Shown here piece after piece: positions 1 to 12,000 of a stretch of DNA of 64,000 bases; the stretch's first letter is position 1, and every line of letters starts with the position of its first letter. Below the pieces are notes generated by a model that worked only from the letters and a program-made list of their open reading frames with translations, made no database searches and was not told where the DNA came from. The stretch is from Phoronis australis. Lineage: Eukaryota; Animalia; Phoronida. The stretch lies in contig NMRA01000149.1 of the NCBI GenBank assembly GCA_002633005.1, positions 564,192 to 628,191 of the forward strand, written 5' to 3'. A program made the position numbers and the translations under genes.

Positions 1-204
1 TGTTCCAAGTTCTGCAGCATACTGACTACTTAACAATATTTTGAAATATTATTACCATTGAAAACTGAAGACAATGCAGTTCTGGTAATTGTTATCGTCA
101 GCAATTGGGGATTTTATCGTAACCAATTAATCTGTGATCTGTTGATGTCAAATCACTTCTCCACTTCATTACATGGTCAATAAGCTCACACAAAGACATA
201 TGTG

Positions 205-505
205 TGACCACTGCACATTGGGCTAGGATACATAATGACATAATGTATGACCACTACACATTGGGCTAGGATACATAATGCCATAATGTATGACCACTAC
301 ACATTGGGCTAGGATACATAATGCCATAATGTATGACCACTACACATTGGGCTAGGATACATAATGCCATAATGTATGACCACTACACATTGGGCTAGGA
401 TACATAATGCCATAATGTACGACCACTACACTTTGGGCTAGGATACACAATGCCATAATGTATGACCACTACACTTTGTGCTAGGATACATAATGCCATA
501 ATGTC
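205..505. repeat. 43-bp minisatellite, about 7 copies
   Basis: Unit TGACCACTACACATTGGGCTAGGATACATAATGCCATAATGTA starts at 205, 248, 291, 334, 377, 420 and 463. Confidence 0.95.
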
Positions 506-509
506 TTAC

Positions 510-3500
510 CTGCATGAGCAGGTGCTCATCACGACTACGCATACCACCCTGTCTCATCATCATCTGACGACGCTCCTGGTCTTGACGTTCGCGTTCTTCA
601 TCTTGTCTTTGTCTATGAAAATAATAACCATTACTAGAACACCATTTAACAGTAAAACCACGTAGAAAACAAATTCCTTAACATGTTTACACTATTCTTT
701 TGCCAACAGCCTTATCCCAAACTTTTAGAAATATCTCAGCAGCATACCTCAAAATGACACATAAGTCCAAAAATGTAATGTTTCCAGCCGGTCACCTACG
801 TCAATCACTAAATTGGCCAATAAATATACAATATCGACATTTTATTACGCCATAATTATTATGCTTACTCAATTCTTTCTTTTAACCATCACAGATTTCC
901 TGAATTGAGCAGTCGATTTCATAACTAAACAATCTGCTTCAAATAGGTGTTAACAAATACTTGAAAACCGATAACTAACACTTTGGCGTTAATCAATGTC
1001 ATATTTACAATATATACAAACACACACGTTTTGTTTCAACACAAAACACCACCGGTAGGAGAATAATGCAAGCAACAATTATCGTTCTCCCTTAATTTTG
1101 ACTCCAATACTTTCAGAAAGTGATTGCATGCATTGGTCACTTTACTGGTCTGTTTCGTTTAATGTCAAATGCTTGTTATATATTTTCTGCTTTTACTTTG
1201 GCTGAAATCTAGAACTATCAGAGAAACGTTTGTATCCTGGACAGAAGTGACTTTAATTGATTACAGGCTTGTAAATTTTATCAGTAATATGCAGGACATC
1301 GGCCCTAAGAGAACAGACAAGGCGGAAATAGCAATATTCAAAGAGGCCTGGAACGCGATAAACATCTATAAGTTGCAATATTGAAAGTGGCTCTCTGCCA
1401 TTGAAACAGAATTCAACCTGCTCACCAGGTAGTTTTAAGATTTGTCTGTAATTTTTTTTAATTTCTGTTGATATCAAAGCATTTTCTTTTAGTTTCAAAT
1501 TTCAAAAAAAAACGATCTGTCAACTGCTCACAAGGCAAAGCACGTCTCCATATTTGGTAAGGCAAGACTTAGACGGAAAATGTGACCTTTGACTTCAAGC
1601 AAATCCAAGCAACTGACTGTGAGCGCATGCGCACACTTATCATAAGTGGGAGGCAGATTAGAAACTCTGTGGTAACCACAGATTTTCCTTAACGCGTACT
1701 TCACAACTTGTGAATGATGAGACTTTTTCTGGAAATTTCCACAAAGGGTATAGTGAATTACTATGTACCAGAAGATGGCCCTTTCATAAAGAATTGTTTA
1801 AAGGCTATTTTTGACGAGCTTTTCGTGTCCCATGCCCCTTTAAAGGACTACGTATCCTTTTAAATTCAATGTCCTACAGCCTGACAGTCCAGTTTTCCAT
1901 TCACTATAGTGGTGTTCTCCAAAAAAGAAATTTCGATTGCAATTACAAAAGTCATGCAAGAGTTTGAAAGTCCATGTCCATACTCTGTGGAGTTTGCTTG
2001 TATTAGAATAAATGTATTGAACTGGTAACAAAAAACCGAAATGCCGTAATTTACTTAAGAACTGACTAATCTCCCAATATTTCAAATTGGTAACGCAAGT
2101 AAGCCAAACTAGTCACAGCAAAATTCAAGCTCGACGCAGTGATGAGTTCAAACAGGCTGAGAAGACCACCAGTATAAGACTGCAACAAAGACTATCTGGG
2201 AAAGACAAGTCATAAGCACAGATGCAATACATTCAAAGTGTAGAAAAACAATACCTCATCTCAAGCTCACGGGCCCGCCTCAGCATATCAGCTTGCTGAC
2301 GTTCTTCCAACTGTCTCAGCTCTTCCTGACGACGTTTCAGATCTACAAAAATAACCAACACAGTGACAACAACAATCACACTCTAAATCACTTCAAAATT
2401 GTTAAAGCCACTGAAGCCAGAGAAATCACCTTTTGATCAAGCCCTGCTAACAAAATTGCCCTCATCTTGTTCCTTATATTTGAAGTGGTTTCTGCACTTG
2501 GGAAGACTTGGTTATTACTGGAGACCTTGCCCAAGCAATAACATGATCCACTGTGATTTTAGAAAGGAACAAATGAAGGCCAATTTCTTAATGGTTAGTG
2601 GTCATTATCAAAAGTGAGTTTTCAAAACTAATACTTCCTGGCAACAGCACTGAAATGATCAAGCCGAGACTGTAAATTTCAAACTGGAATAAAACATGTT
2701 TGGGAAGAGACGGTTCCTATTTAAGAAATCAGTGACCTCAGTTTGGTCCGTGCTGTTATTGTGTGTAATGGTAATTGATCACAAGGGACCGGTGACTCTC
2801 ATTGTCTACAGTGAAAAAACCCTTTTATAGTGTGCATGAGCAGAGGTGATGCACTTTAAACATAAACAGTAAAATTGCATCTTTGTCATCCTGAGGCCAC
2901 CAGCATCAAGTCCCATGAGCTAAGTTACTACTCGAAAATTTCCCGCTAAGAACACTAATTCAACACACTTAAGAACCCAAACAGAGTCCCAAAACTACAA
3001 ATATTGATTCCACAGATGTCACTACACATGGCTTTCAAAGAGAAACCTTTTAAAAAACAATTTTCAAAAAAAAAATCAAAACCGTGCTCTTTAGGGAGAA
3101 GTCTCACAACTTTTAACAATTACTATACATGACAACTATCACTTGTTCCGCAACTTGTTATGAACTCAATAGGAATGAACGCACACAAAGATCGCCTCTC
3201 CACTCGGTAAAATACATGTGACTAAATCATTAATGAATTCCAAACTAGTTCACTTGTTTATCGCAATACCCTCCCCATTACAGGACACAATTGAACGATT
3301 TTTAATTTCGTACGAGACGACAAAAACGGTAAAATTGGTCGAAGTAGATTAATTCAAGGTTTTCCGCTTGGGGGCTGTAACATGATTCATATTAATCACA
3401 AAAGGTTTCATGGTTTTGTAAAATAAATGTATCTAGTGAAGAATTGTGGATGGATATTTTGCCCCAAAAAAACTGTATAAAAATCCATGGTAACTACTCG

Positions 3501-6500
3501 TGCTTCAGCATGTTATGTGACGTCAAACAATGGTTCAAACGTGATCTCTCTCAAACAATGGTTCAGATGTTATCTGGAAAGAGGTAGCCTCTCAAAAGGA
3601 AAGATTTTAAGCAGGTTTCCAATAAAAAGTGAACACATTGTGTACAAACATTTGCGGCACATTTCAAATTTTTTGGTAGGTAAAAGACAGAGAGTGGTAT
3701 TAGAAAAACATCAAACTCATCTAAGACTATCTAGATTCGAATGGGAAGTTTATGAATTATGAAACTTTTTGCAAAGTTCACGGTTTTTCTGCAGCCTTCA
3801 CCTAGTACCTTGGTCTAAGGAACTTTATACGAATGTATTTCGTATTTGAAAAATAATTAAGATTATGCTCATCAAGTTACGTTACCGAACATTTCACTTT
3901 TTTTTCTACCATTTTGAATTGCAAAAAGCCATATATGTTTATCAGTGATTTTTTTTTTGTTTACCAGTTACAAAAAACAAAATTTCACACAAAATGGGAA
4001 AGTAGTTTAAATATGCAATTATCTGATGAATGGTGGAGAAAACTCCCTGCTGCTCTGTAGACTTTACAATGACACGAAACTAAAATGGTATCGAACTAGG
4101 TTGACGCGTAGACAAATACTTTATAGCATAAAATTGGTGTAACTAACTCGCAGTTGTGTACCTTTTGTAAAAGTGAACCCGAGGACTTAATTCATCTCCA
4201 TTAGTCGTGTGTTATCCTGTGCAGGCCTTTTGGCCATCATTATTCCAATGGATTGGCCAAAGAGTAAATATAACCTGCACCAACGTACTTTTTGGTATAC
4301 AATCGGAACCCAAAGTAATAAATCTAGTACTGGCATTGAGTAAATTGAGTAAATATCACTTATATCATCAGAATTCAGAGAAGCATTAGCCATGTTTTGA
4401 ACATCTCAAGACAAAGATTTTAGAATACTTCAAAACTGAAAAATACATTTTTACCAAAAATTGTGACCTCGCAGAATTCAATAAGAGATGACCCCCTGCA
4501 GTTCGTTTATTTACCCAGTGAAGTTAAAACTTGATATCTGGGTTCCCTGAACGAGTGAGTGAGTGAGTGAGTGAGTGAGTGGCTGTTTAGAATGTCATTA
4601 CTGTTACTTAGAAATGTTACTGACGGATGAATAAATGCAAAAAATAGATCCCCTCAAGTTTGCATAATTAGGTGATCCAGTCAAAAGCAGCTAACCTTGT
4701 CTGAGAAGGTTGGCCTGGTACTCGTGCATGGCACTGTCCATCTCCATGTCCAAAGTTTCACGCTTGCGCTCCATCTCCTTCTTCAGCTCTTCTTCCTTCA
4801 TACGCTCTAAGTCGTCTAGCTGTTTCCACTTGAGGCCAAACTCAAACTCAAACGATCCTTGAGGAGCAAATCGGGGTTCATTCTCACGCTCCCTAAAGCA
4901 GCAAATAATTGTCAGTATAGTAAATGCAATAGCAATAGCAGCACCACCACCAGCAGAAGCAGCAGCAGCGCAAGTAACGCCAGTATTACAACAAGCATCA
5001 ATACTGAAACTTGTGGTGTTTCTTTGAGAACGGCCAATTAGCATGTAAATAGAAACTTTCAGTTGAAGACAGTCCAGGTACTAGGCCATGAGCACGTGGA
5101 TGACTTCGCACCTGGTTTACTAAAATGGCAAAGTGACAGGTTTTGTCGACGGACTGGGTGAAGAGATGGTAATTTTTGTTTATTTTATTTTATTGTGTCC
5201 ATATTTATGAAAGAAATAAAACAACAGTGTGAATTATGTTGGCCAAAACATGTAACGATTCAATGAATCACAAACTACATGTATGTGACTTTATATGGAA
5301 TTCGAACATTGCAGTGGTTTACATTGGAAAATACTACCATAATAGAGAACCTTCACCTACTCACGTTGTAACCACCACTGCTTGATTAAGTACAAGCTTC
5401 AAGATTTCATCGAATGATAGTTTATTGACAATGTGCCTCACACTAAATAAAAGGGTTCCCTAGATACTCCCTCCACTGTCAACCTTAGCCAGCACTCTCC
5501 TCTCAAAACCCAGGGGAAACATTGACATTCCAGTTTTAAATCAATATACCTTCAAAACACTGTGAATGCTGTACTTACTTTTTGTAGTCATTGTTCTTTG
5601 GAACATATTTCTCAGGCAAGCCGTCTTCTTCATCTCTTTGTTCAAGTGGTTCCACAGCTATTGGTCTGGGAGACCTGTGAAAAGGTGAAATAAAAATGAG
5701 ACACCAACCTCGTAGGGTTAACACAAGCATGTTTTGTTTTGAACTTCTGATACTTGGAAGTTGAGAAGTTTTTCGCAGGTTTAAAACTTCAAATAAATAT
5801 TTACCAAGCATATTTGTGTTTCTTGTTTCAAAACCTACAAACATAATTGGCAAAACCAGGGCTCGGTCACCAATCTTTTTACTCAAAATGGAACTCGAAA
5901 TTAGGTTTGGCATTTTCTACTCTACTTTTGGGCGAACTCAAGATAAGTGTCTATTATTCTATGCTCGAGTACACAATAACTTACGTAGATAATTTAGTGC
6001 CCTTAGTTCACAGTTTGTAAACCCAATATTAAAGCAACAAGTTCAAGTTTGAACTCGAAATTTCGAGTTTTTACTCGAGTTTGTAGCACGAATATAAGGG
6101 TCTTCAAGGGCAAACTTGAACTAGAAACTCCTATGCATAAACTATAATGTATTCGAGCACAGTCCAATTATCTTAAGTTCGCACAAAAGGAGCAGAGAAA
6201 TTGACAAAAATAGTTTTGAGTTCGTTTGGAGTACAAAGATTAGAGACCAGGCCCAGGGGCATCTTATCAGGACTCTATCTTGTTTTTAAGTCCAACCCTT
6301 CCCACATGACTACAGAACAGTTATCAGTTCTAGAATATCCTGAATTAAAGAATCCATTATTTACATATAACCTTTTTCTTGGCTACTAGAGGCAGAGCCT
6401 ATGTGGGCTTGAAACAAGATGGGGTGCTTTTGATGGTGATCAGGAGGTAAAACTTCCCCTCACCCAAAAATTCCCCTCTCAAAAGGCACAAGCAACTTTC

Positions 6501-8621
6501 CCCTCCGATGAAAGAGGGCCTTGAACTAATCACAAGATAACACAAGTAAGACAAAATGTTGAATAAAAGCCTTACGATGTCATGAGAAACACGCCCTCTT
6601 TAATTCTGTTAAGCGCCTGCATTGCACCAGGTTTGCGAGCAAACTCTACAATGCCTTCTCCTGTCGGCCTCCCACGATCATCGACAATGACAACAGCGCG
6701 TTCGACATTTCCAAATTGAGCGAACGCTTCCTCCAACAGTTCATTGGAAACAGAGGATGGGAGATTCCGAACTTTGAGTGCAGCTCCATGAGTAGCAAAA
6801 CGAACACGTAAGATTTTCTTCTTTCGTTCCTTCCCATCTAACGAATTCTTTGCAGCTTCAGCATTCTGACGGGTATCCTGTAATGCCATGGAACACAGCA
6901 ATACATTTCCATACACTACGTACCAACAACAAATAACCAGATAAAAATTTTTTATCACACACCCCTTCCTACTTTTATAGAAGAAAATACCATTTCCGAC
7001 TATCTCCTAAAGCACTAGGCAATGACCATCGCCTCTGTTGGCCCGAACCAGAGGCGATAGGCGCTCTGTACGCCGGAAGCTTTTCCGCGAATTATGCCTC
7101 GCACCGACTAAACCATCAAAGTCACGTTGTTAAATACCTTTTGCGCATAGAGGAACACCTTAGGAGGTTGTCGATGTGTTTAATTCCTTCCAACTCGAAC
7201 AAATACTACCGTTATTAAACTTTTTCTTCGAGCAGTCCCTATTTCAGTTCCCAAAATCGTGAACTCAACATTTTTTTATACTGCGCACGTTCCAATTTTT
7301 ACCGCACTCGCTAGGTGATGTGACTTCATGAACTCAATCTTTAAAAAGGCCAAAGAAGAGCCATTGCGGTCTTGTCAGTCAAATGTTCGTTTCCAAAATG
7401 CCACTGTCTTTAATTGGCGTTACTTGAAACTAATTGTATTTCAATGAATTACTGTTTGTATTTGATAAAAATAAATGCTGTTGATATGACATTTAATAGT
7501 CTTTGTGCACATATTTGACATTTTAATGTTTAACAACACGGCAAATGCACGGCTGGTTCCCGGCAACACGTACGCAAAGGGCGGGAACTTCAGCTTTCAA
7601 AGTTCGCCGGTAGGACCGCAACTTCTGACCTTCGGCCTGGTTAAAAAAAATGAAAATTTTGATTTCACGATTTTGGGAACTGAAATAGGGACTGCTCGAA
7701 GAAAAAGTTTGATAATGGGAGTATTTGTTCGAGTTGGAAGGAATTAAACACATCGACAACCTCCTCAGGTGTTCCTCTATGCGCAAAAGGTATTTATAAC
7801 AACGTGACTTTGATGGTTTAGTCGGTGCGAGGCATAATTCGCCGAAAAGCTTCCGGCGTACAGAGCGCCTATAGCCTCTGCATCGCCTCTGGTTCGGGCC
7901 AACAGAGGCGATGGTCATTGCCTACTAAAGCACTTGAGCGTTTTTACACAAATTAAGTGTCTAAAACTATATAACTGTAACTGAAAAACTATCTTACTTT
8001 CTTAGGTTGCTTCCAAAGGAAAGTGATTATTTCTAGCCAGTGCCCATTTAACCAATTTCATCCATTAAACTGCAGGCTTGTTATTCAATTATCCCCCGAT
8101 TCTCTAAATCAGATCACAACTGCTATGTGTGTTAGTACAATTAGTAATATTATTCTCATATGACAATTATATATGTAAAATCTACTTACCAGTCTGATGA
8201 AGCCAAACCCTTTCTGTGTATTCAAGAACACTTCGGAAACTTCGCCATATACTTCAAACATTTTTTTAAATTCGTCCTCGGTCGTGTCATTCGTTAGATT
8301 TCCCACGAAAAGCCTGCAACGCCCTGTGAACTTTTTACCACCAGACTGAGATGCCGGCATGCTTTTCTCTTGAGAAGCGCGATCTTCTGATTTTTCTTTG
8401 TTTGGCTCAGGCGTGGGCTTTTCGTTCACTTGTTTCGGAGTAGTCGGCTCCTTTTTAACAGTCGGTGGCCCGTTTTGCCGGGTTCCACTGCCAGAATAAT
8501 TTGACCTCGAATCTCCCGAAGACCTGTTTGGTGTTCCTGACATCTGCGGCTGTCTTCTCTGCATATTTCTGTCGTTTCTTGGACCCATATTACCCCCGCC
8601 TCGGTTCATTACTTTAGACAT
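510..8621 (-). CDS. NONO: DBHS-family RNA-binding protein (NONO/SFPQ/PSPC1/nonA/Hrp65-like), 5' part; continues past the left edge
   Basis: Six GT-AG exons with matching phases: 8621-8190, 6877-6576, 5674-5579, 4892-4696, 2342-2255, 612-510. They encode RRM1 ([14 protein letters not shown]...KGFGFIRL), RRM2 ([17 protein letters not shown]...[20 protein letters not shown]), NOPS (PRPIAVEP...EDGLPEK...[18 protein letters not shown]) and a charged coiled coil ([18 protein letters not shown]). The symbol denotes the family; one-to-one orthology is not established. Confidence 0.95.
1342..1838. mobile_element. Non-autonomous DNA transposon, Kolobok-like (TTAA-type); second copy at 14574-15127
   Basis: Imperfect terminal inverted repeats (TIRs) AGAGGCCTGGAACGCGA / TCGTGTCCCATGCCCCT, followed by TTAA. 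The body is nearly identical to about 14650-15127, and both copies give the same spurious ORF start [14 protein letters not shown]. Confidence 0.7.
4552..4581. repeat. (GAGT)n microsatellite
   Basis: About 7 direct copies of GAGT. Confidence 0.9.
5860..6253. mobile_element. Fold-back MITE, PIF/Harbinger-like
   Basis: Long imperfect inverted arms (GGCTCGGTCACCAATCT... / ...AGATTAGAGACCAGGCC) with CAG on both flanks, a candidate 3-bp target-site duplication (TSD). Confidence 0.65.
6576..6877 (-). CDS. NONO: DBHS gene exon (end of RRM1 and RRM2)
   Basis: CAG acceptor and GTAAG donor; translates [10 protein letters not shown]...[17 protein letters not shown]...GVFLMT. Confidence 0.93.
7016..7924. 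mobile_element. Non-autonomous element with ~250-bp TIRs and a 9-bp TSD (Mutator/MULE-like)
   Basis: 7016-7263 is the near-perfect reverse complement of about 7664-7924 (TAGGCAATGACC...GGTCATTGCCTA). TSD CTAAAGCAC lies at 7007-7015 and 7925-7933. Confidence 0.9.
8190..8621 (-). CDS. NONO: DBHS gene first coding exon (low-complexity N-terminus and RRM1)
   Basis: ATG at 8621-8619 ([10 protein letters not shown]), RNP motifs LFVGNL and KGFGFI, donor GTAAG starting at 8189. Confidence 0.9.
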
Positions 8622-9075
8622 CCTCAGTTTCAAAAATTCTTTTTTTTTCAATATGGCCGAAATTTTCCGTGGCGTGGGTTGTTGCGTCCTCTAGCGACAA
8701 TTTCTGAACCACGTGGTGCAAAATTTTACGGATTTTCACGAATTCCATTATAACTGATCTATGCGAAAACGAAGTCAATATCGCTGGGGCAGCAGTTTCT
8801 GATGAGTACCTGCTGCTAAATTATAACAAATCGCATGTGTTTCTCTGGTTGCATTTTTAAGGAACTCATCAAAACCGCAACAGCATTCGGCCTGGAAGCT
8901 AGTCAACTTTTCCAAACGAGGCTGATCGCAGGTCCTTGGCTTGCCGTTGCTGGTGTACGGCTGTCGGGTTCCAGCATTTCTAAGTTGAATCTCGTTTTAA
9001 GTGGTTACATTTTAGGATCGTTACATGAAATAGTGTAACTTTTGTTTGGCCAGCAAGTGAAGATCGGCAGTGAAC
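8622..9075. promoter_or_regulatory. Probable bidirectional promoter and 5' UTRs between the DBHS and ZMYM genes
   Basis: About 450 bp between divergent start codons, locally CpG-richer, with a palindromic E-box CCACGTGG at 8709-8716. Confidence 0.6.
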
Positions 9076-12000
9076 ATGTCAGATCCCGGGGAAAGTGTTG
9101 TGTCAACGGCGTCGACACCGATTGTAACAGACGAAGACCAAGTCGACAAGGTGATGACAAAGAATAGTAGAATGCTGAACCATATTTGTTTTTTGTTGCT
9201 TCGACTCTTGTGTTTCATGTTTTATTCTATTGGTAGAAGTGATTCTTGCTGCTTTAAAGCTGTCTGGTTCATTTTCATATGAAATTAGAGAGATTCCGGG
9301 GGGTACTCAAATTTAATCTTGAGTCGAGTGGAGGGACTGAAGGGTTTTTGTGACCTCCGGGAGAATCTGTTCTTTTGATATTTGGTAACTGGTTTATTGA
9401 TTGCCACTGTGATCCAACTTACTAGCTGTTTTCTAGGTTGCCATGAACATGGTTCTGTACTTTTAGATTGTCATGTAATGTGACATTTGTCCCAATGCAG
9501 CAAATTGTCCCTGAAAACTTGAGTGAAAATTGGGATCAAGCCACTGGGGTGCTGGGGGATTGGTGGTAGCAGGGCAGAGAATTTTTGGTGCCCAATGTAG
9601 AAAATAGCTACCAGGGGAAGAATGAAAATCTGCAGTGGTCTTTGAAACTTGTGAAAAAGTGCACCGGTGAATCGCGAAATCAATAATTTCACTGATACTT
9701 GCTTAGACAGTGATCACTGTCTCAACCAGCCTTTAAGACAGTGAAGCTCTTACAGTTGTTTCATACGACGGAAGCTTTTGTGGTTCACACTTATAAAAAC
9801 ATCAAAATCACATTGTTGTACCTAAGGAGGCTGTCGGTGTCTTTAATTCCTTCAAACTCCAACAAACACTCCCATAATCAAACCTTGGTAGAAATTTTCA
9901 TTCTTAACTTAAAAATGTATAGGCCCTATTATGACCTACGCTTAGGAACTCATTTGTTGTGATGAAAACATTTCCCTTTGCAGTGGCGGATCTAGGATAT
10001 CATAAGGGGGGGGCCCAACATTTTGTCCGGCTGGAAGCATTTGCGCAAACTGAACCACGATTGTAGATGCGCATAGCACCTAATGGGGGGAGGTCTGGAG
10101 GGGGGTTTGCCCCCCTCCCGCCCAGGAAATTTTTCTGTTTTTTCCTCTAAAAATCAAGCATTTTCCTTGATTTCTGATGTATTATCCAAGAAAAAAGAAA
10201 AAAAAAACAAAAAAAAAACAAAAAAAAAACAAGGAGAACGTATCACACAGGAAAAATTGCGCATTTCAGAGACTCGAACTCACGACCTGGCTGATAGGAC
10301 GCACGTGCTTTACCACTACACCACCACAACTTCACTAATAAACTTTAACTAAGAGACCTACTTGTTTATGGTCCACAACGTTTGCGCGCGAAACCTACTT
10401 CTTTTTGTAATGCTTATTACACGTTTTTTATTTTGTGCAATCGGTTGTTAACAAATTTGTTGTATTTAAAAATAGTCTTCAAATGCCCAAAAGACCAAAT
10501 CCATTTTTCGTGTTGGCAATAATGACGGGATTGCTTTGGAAATCGTCTTAAGTTAAGGTTTGACAAAGAGAAAATTAATAAGTTTCTGAGTGATTCACTA
10601 AGGCTTCGATTAAAATTCACGTCTTACCAGCAGCTTCTGTTTTTTCATCGTCACTCAGGTTCCATTTTCTTTAAAAAATGAAGTAAATTTTCTCCATTGC
10701 ACAGTGGAGCAGACGACGGAAACGGAGTCGTAGTGGGCAGCGCCACTGCCGGTCGCCTGGGATATCGCGGGAGAGCTTATACTTAGCCATAGTTCCGTTA
10801 CGAATGCGCCGTGTTCCGAATTTGACACTTGAAATTGGATCTGACCCCTCCCCCCCCAACACTAAAACTGCACACATTTAAATCTTTTTTGATCCGGATA
10901 ATTTTGATTACCGGGGCAAATTAACAAACTCAACATTTCCCTACGCTCTTGCTGTTTTATTTTTTTTACACCAGCCAAGGGGGGGGGCCCGGGCCCCCTG
11001 GCCCCCCCCCTAAATCCGCCTATGCTTTGGTAGAAATGTTCATACTTTAAGATCTTTGTAGGCCTCATTATGGCCTATGCATCTTCGTAAGTACTTTAAG
11101 GTCATTGTAGGCTCCCATTATGACCTATACATTTTCCATTTATGCTCCTTTGCCTCTTGTTTCTAGAATATGGTCGGGCTTACCAGATAAAAATGTACTG
11201 CTTTCCTATTATATGCTCCAGGACTTACTCTCAGAAATGCCTTGTAACACATAAAGTGAACCCTTCCATTGTGTACAAGCTATGATCTTTTAGTTGGGAA
11301 TTGTGAAAAATCACACATTCTCAGCACCGCTGCACGTTCCAGTTTGTCACCTATGAAAAAACCATGTGGCAGTTCTGCCGCCCAGTTATGCTTCATGAAG
11401 TGTAATAAATACTTCAGACCTATTACAAGGATATGTTTTTTGTCTGGGATAATTTTTATGTAGTGTATTTACTCTTTGAATTGAAATAGCTTCCGTTCTT
11501 GGTCTAATTTTTCACATCTTTTGTGCACGGACATATTTATATATGGGCGCATCATGCCATCATCTGTGTCCGTCTGTCCGGCTTCTGCTGCTGTATCTCC
11601 AAAACCCCTTGATGTTCATGAAATTTTGCAGGTATGTTCCTTTCATGGATGGGGCGGCATGAGTGAGTTTTCAAACAGATCCGACTACCAGTGTGCCCCT
11701 TACTACTTAGCAGTTTTAGTTTTTTATGTTTGTCTAAATGCATCTTTGAAGTTCCTTAACTGATTTTCATGAAATTTGGCAAAAAGGTATTTATTAGAAA
11801 ATTGATTCCTCCTTTACATTTGCAAATGGATTAGACATATTTTGCTTCACCTAGTGGCCATTTTTACTGTTTTCGAGTCTTGTTGTCTACACCGCTATAG
11901 GCATCCTTGACTGTATCTCCTAAACCCTCTGGAAGATATTTTTTAAATTTTGCAAGTGTATTTATATGAAAGTTACAACAGATGACTGTGACTTTGAGAC

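Noticed and set aside
7523-7918. 131-aa ORF in the fold-back element
   Set aside because: Lies mostly in the TIR, has no transposase motif, and the other arm carries indels that break the frame.
10265-10328. Functional tRNA gene (also 58526-58588)
   Set aside because: A/B boxes are present but I could not build a complete cloverleaf; treated as SINE-like remnants. tRNAscan-SE would settle it.
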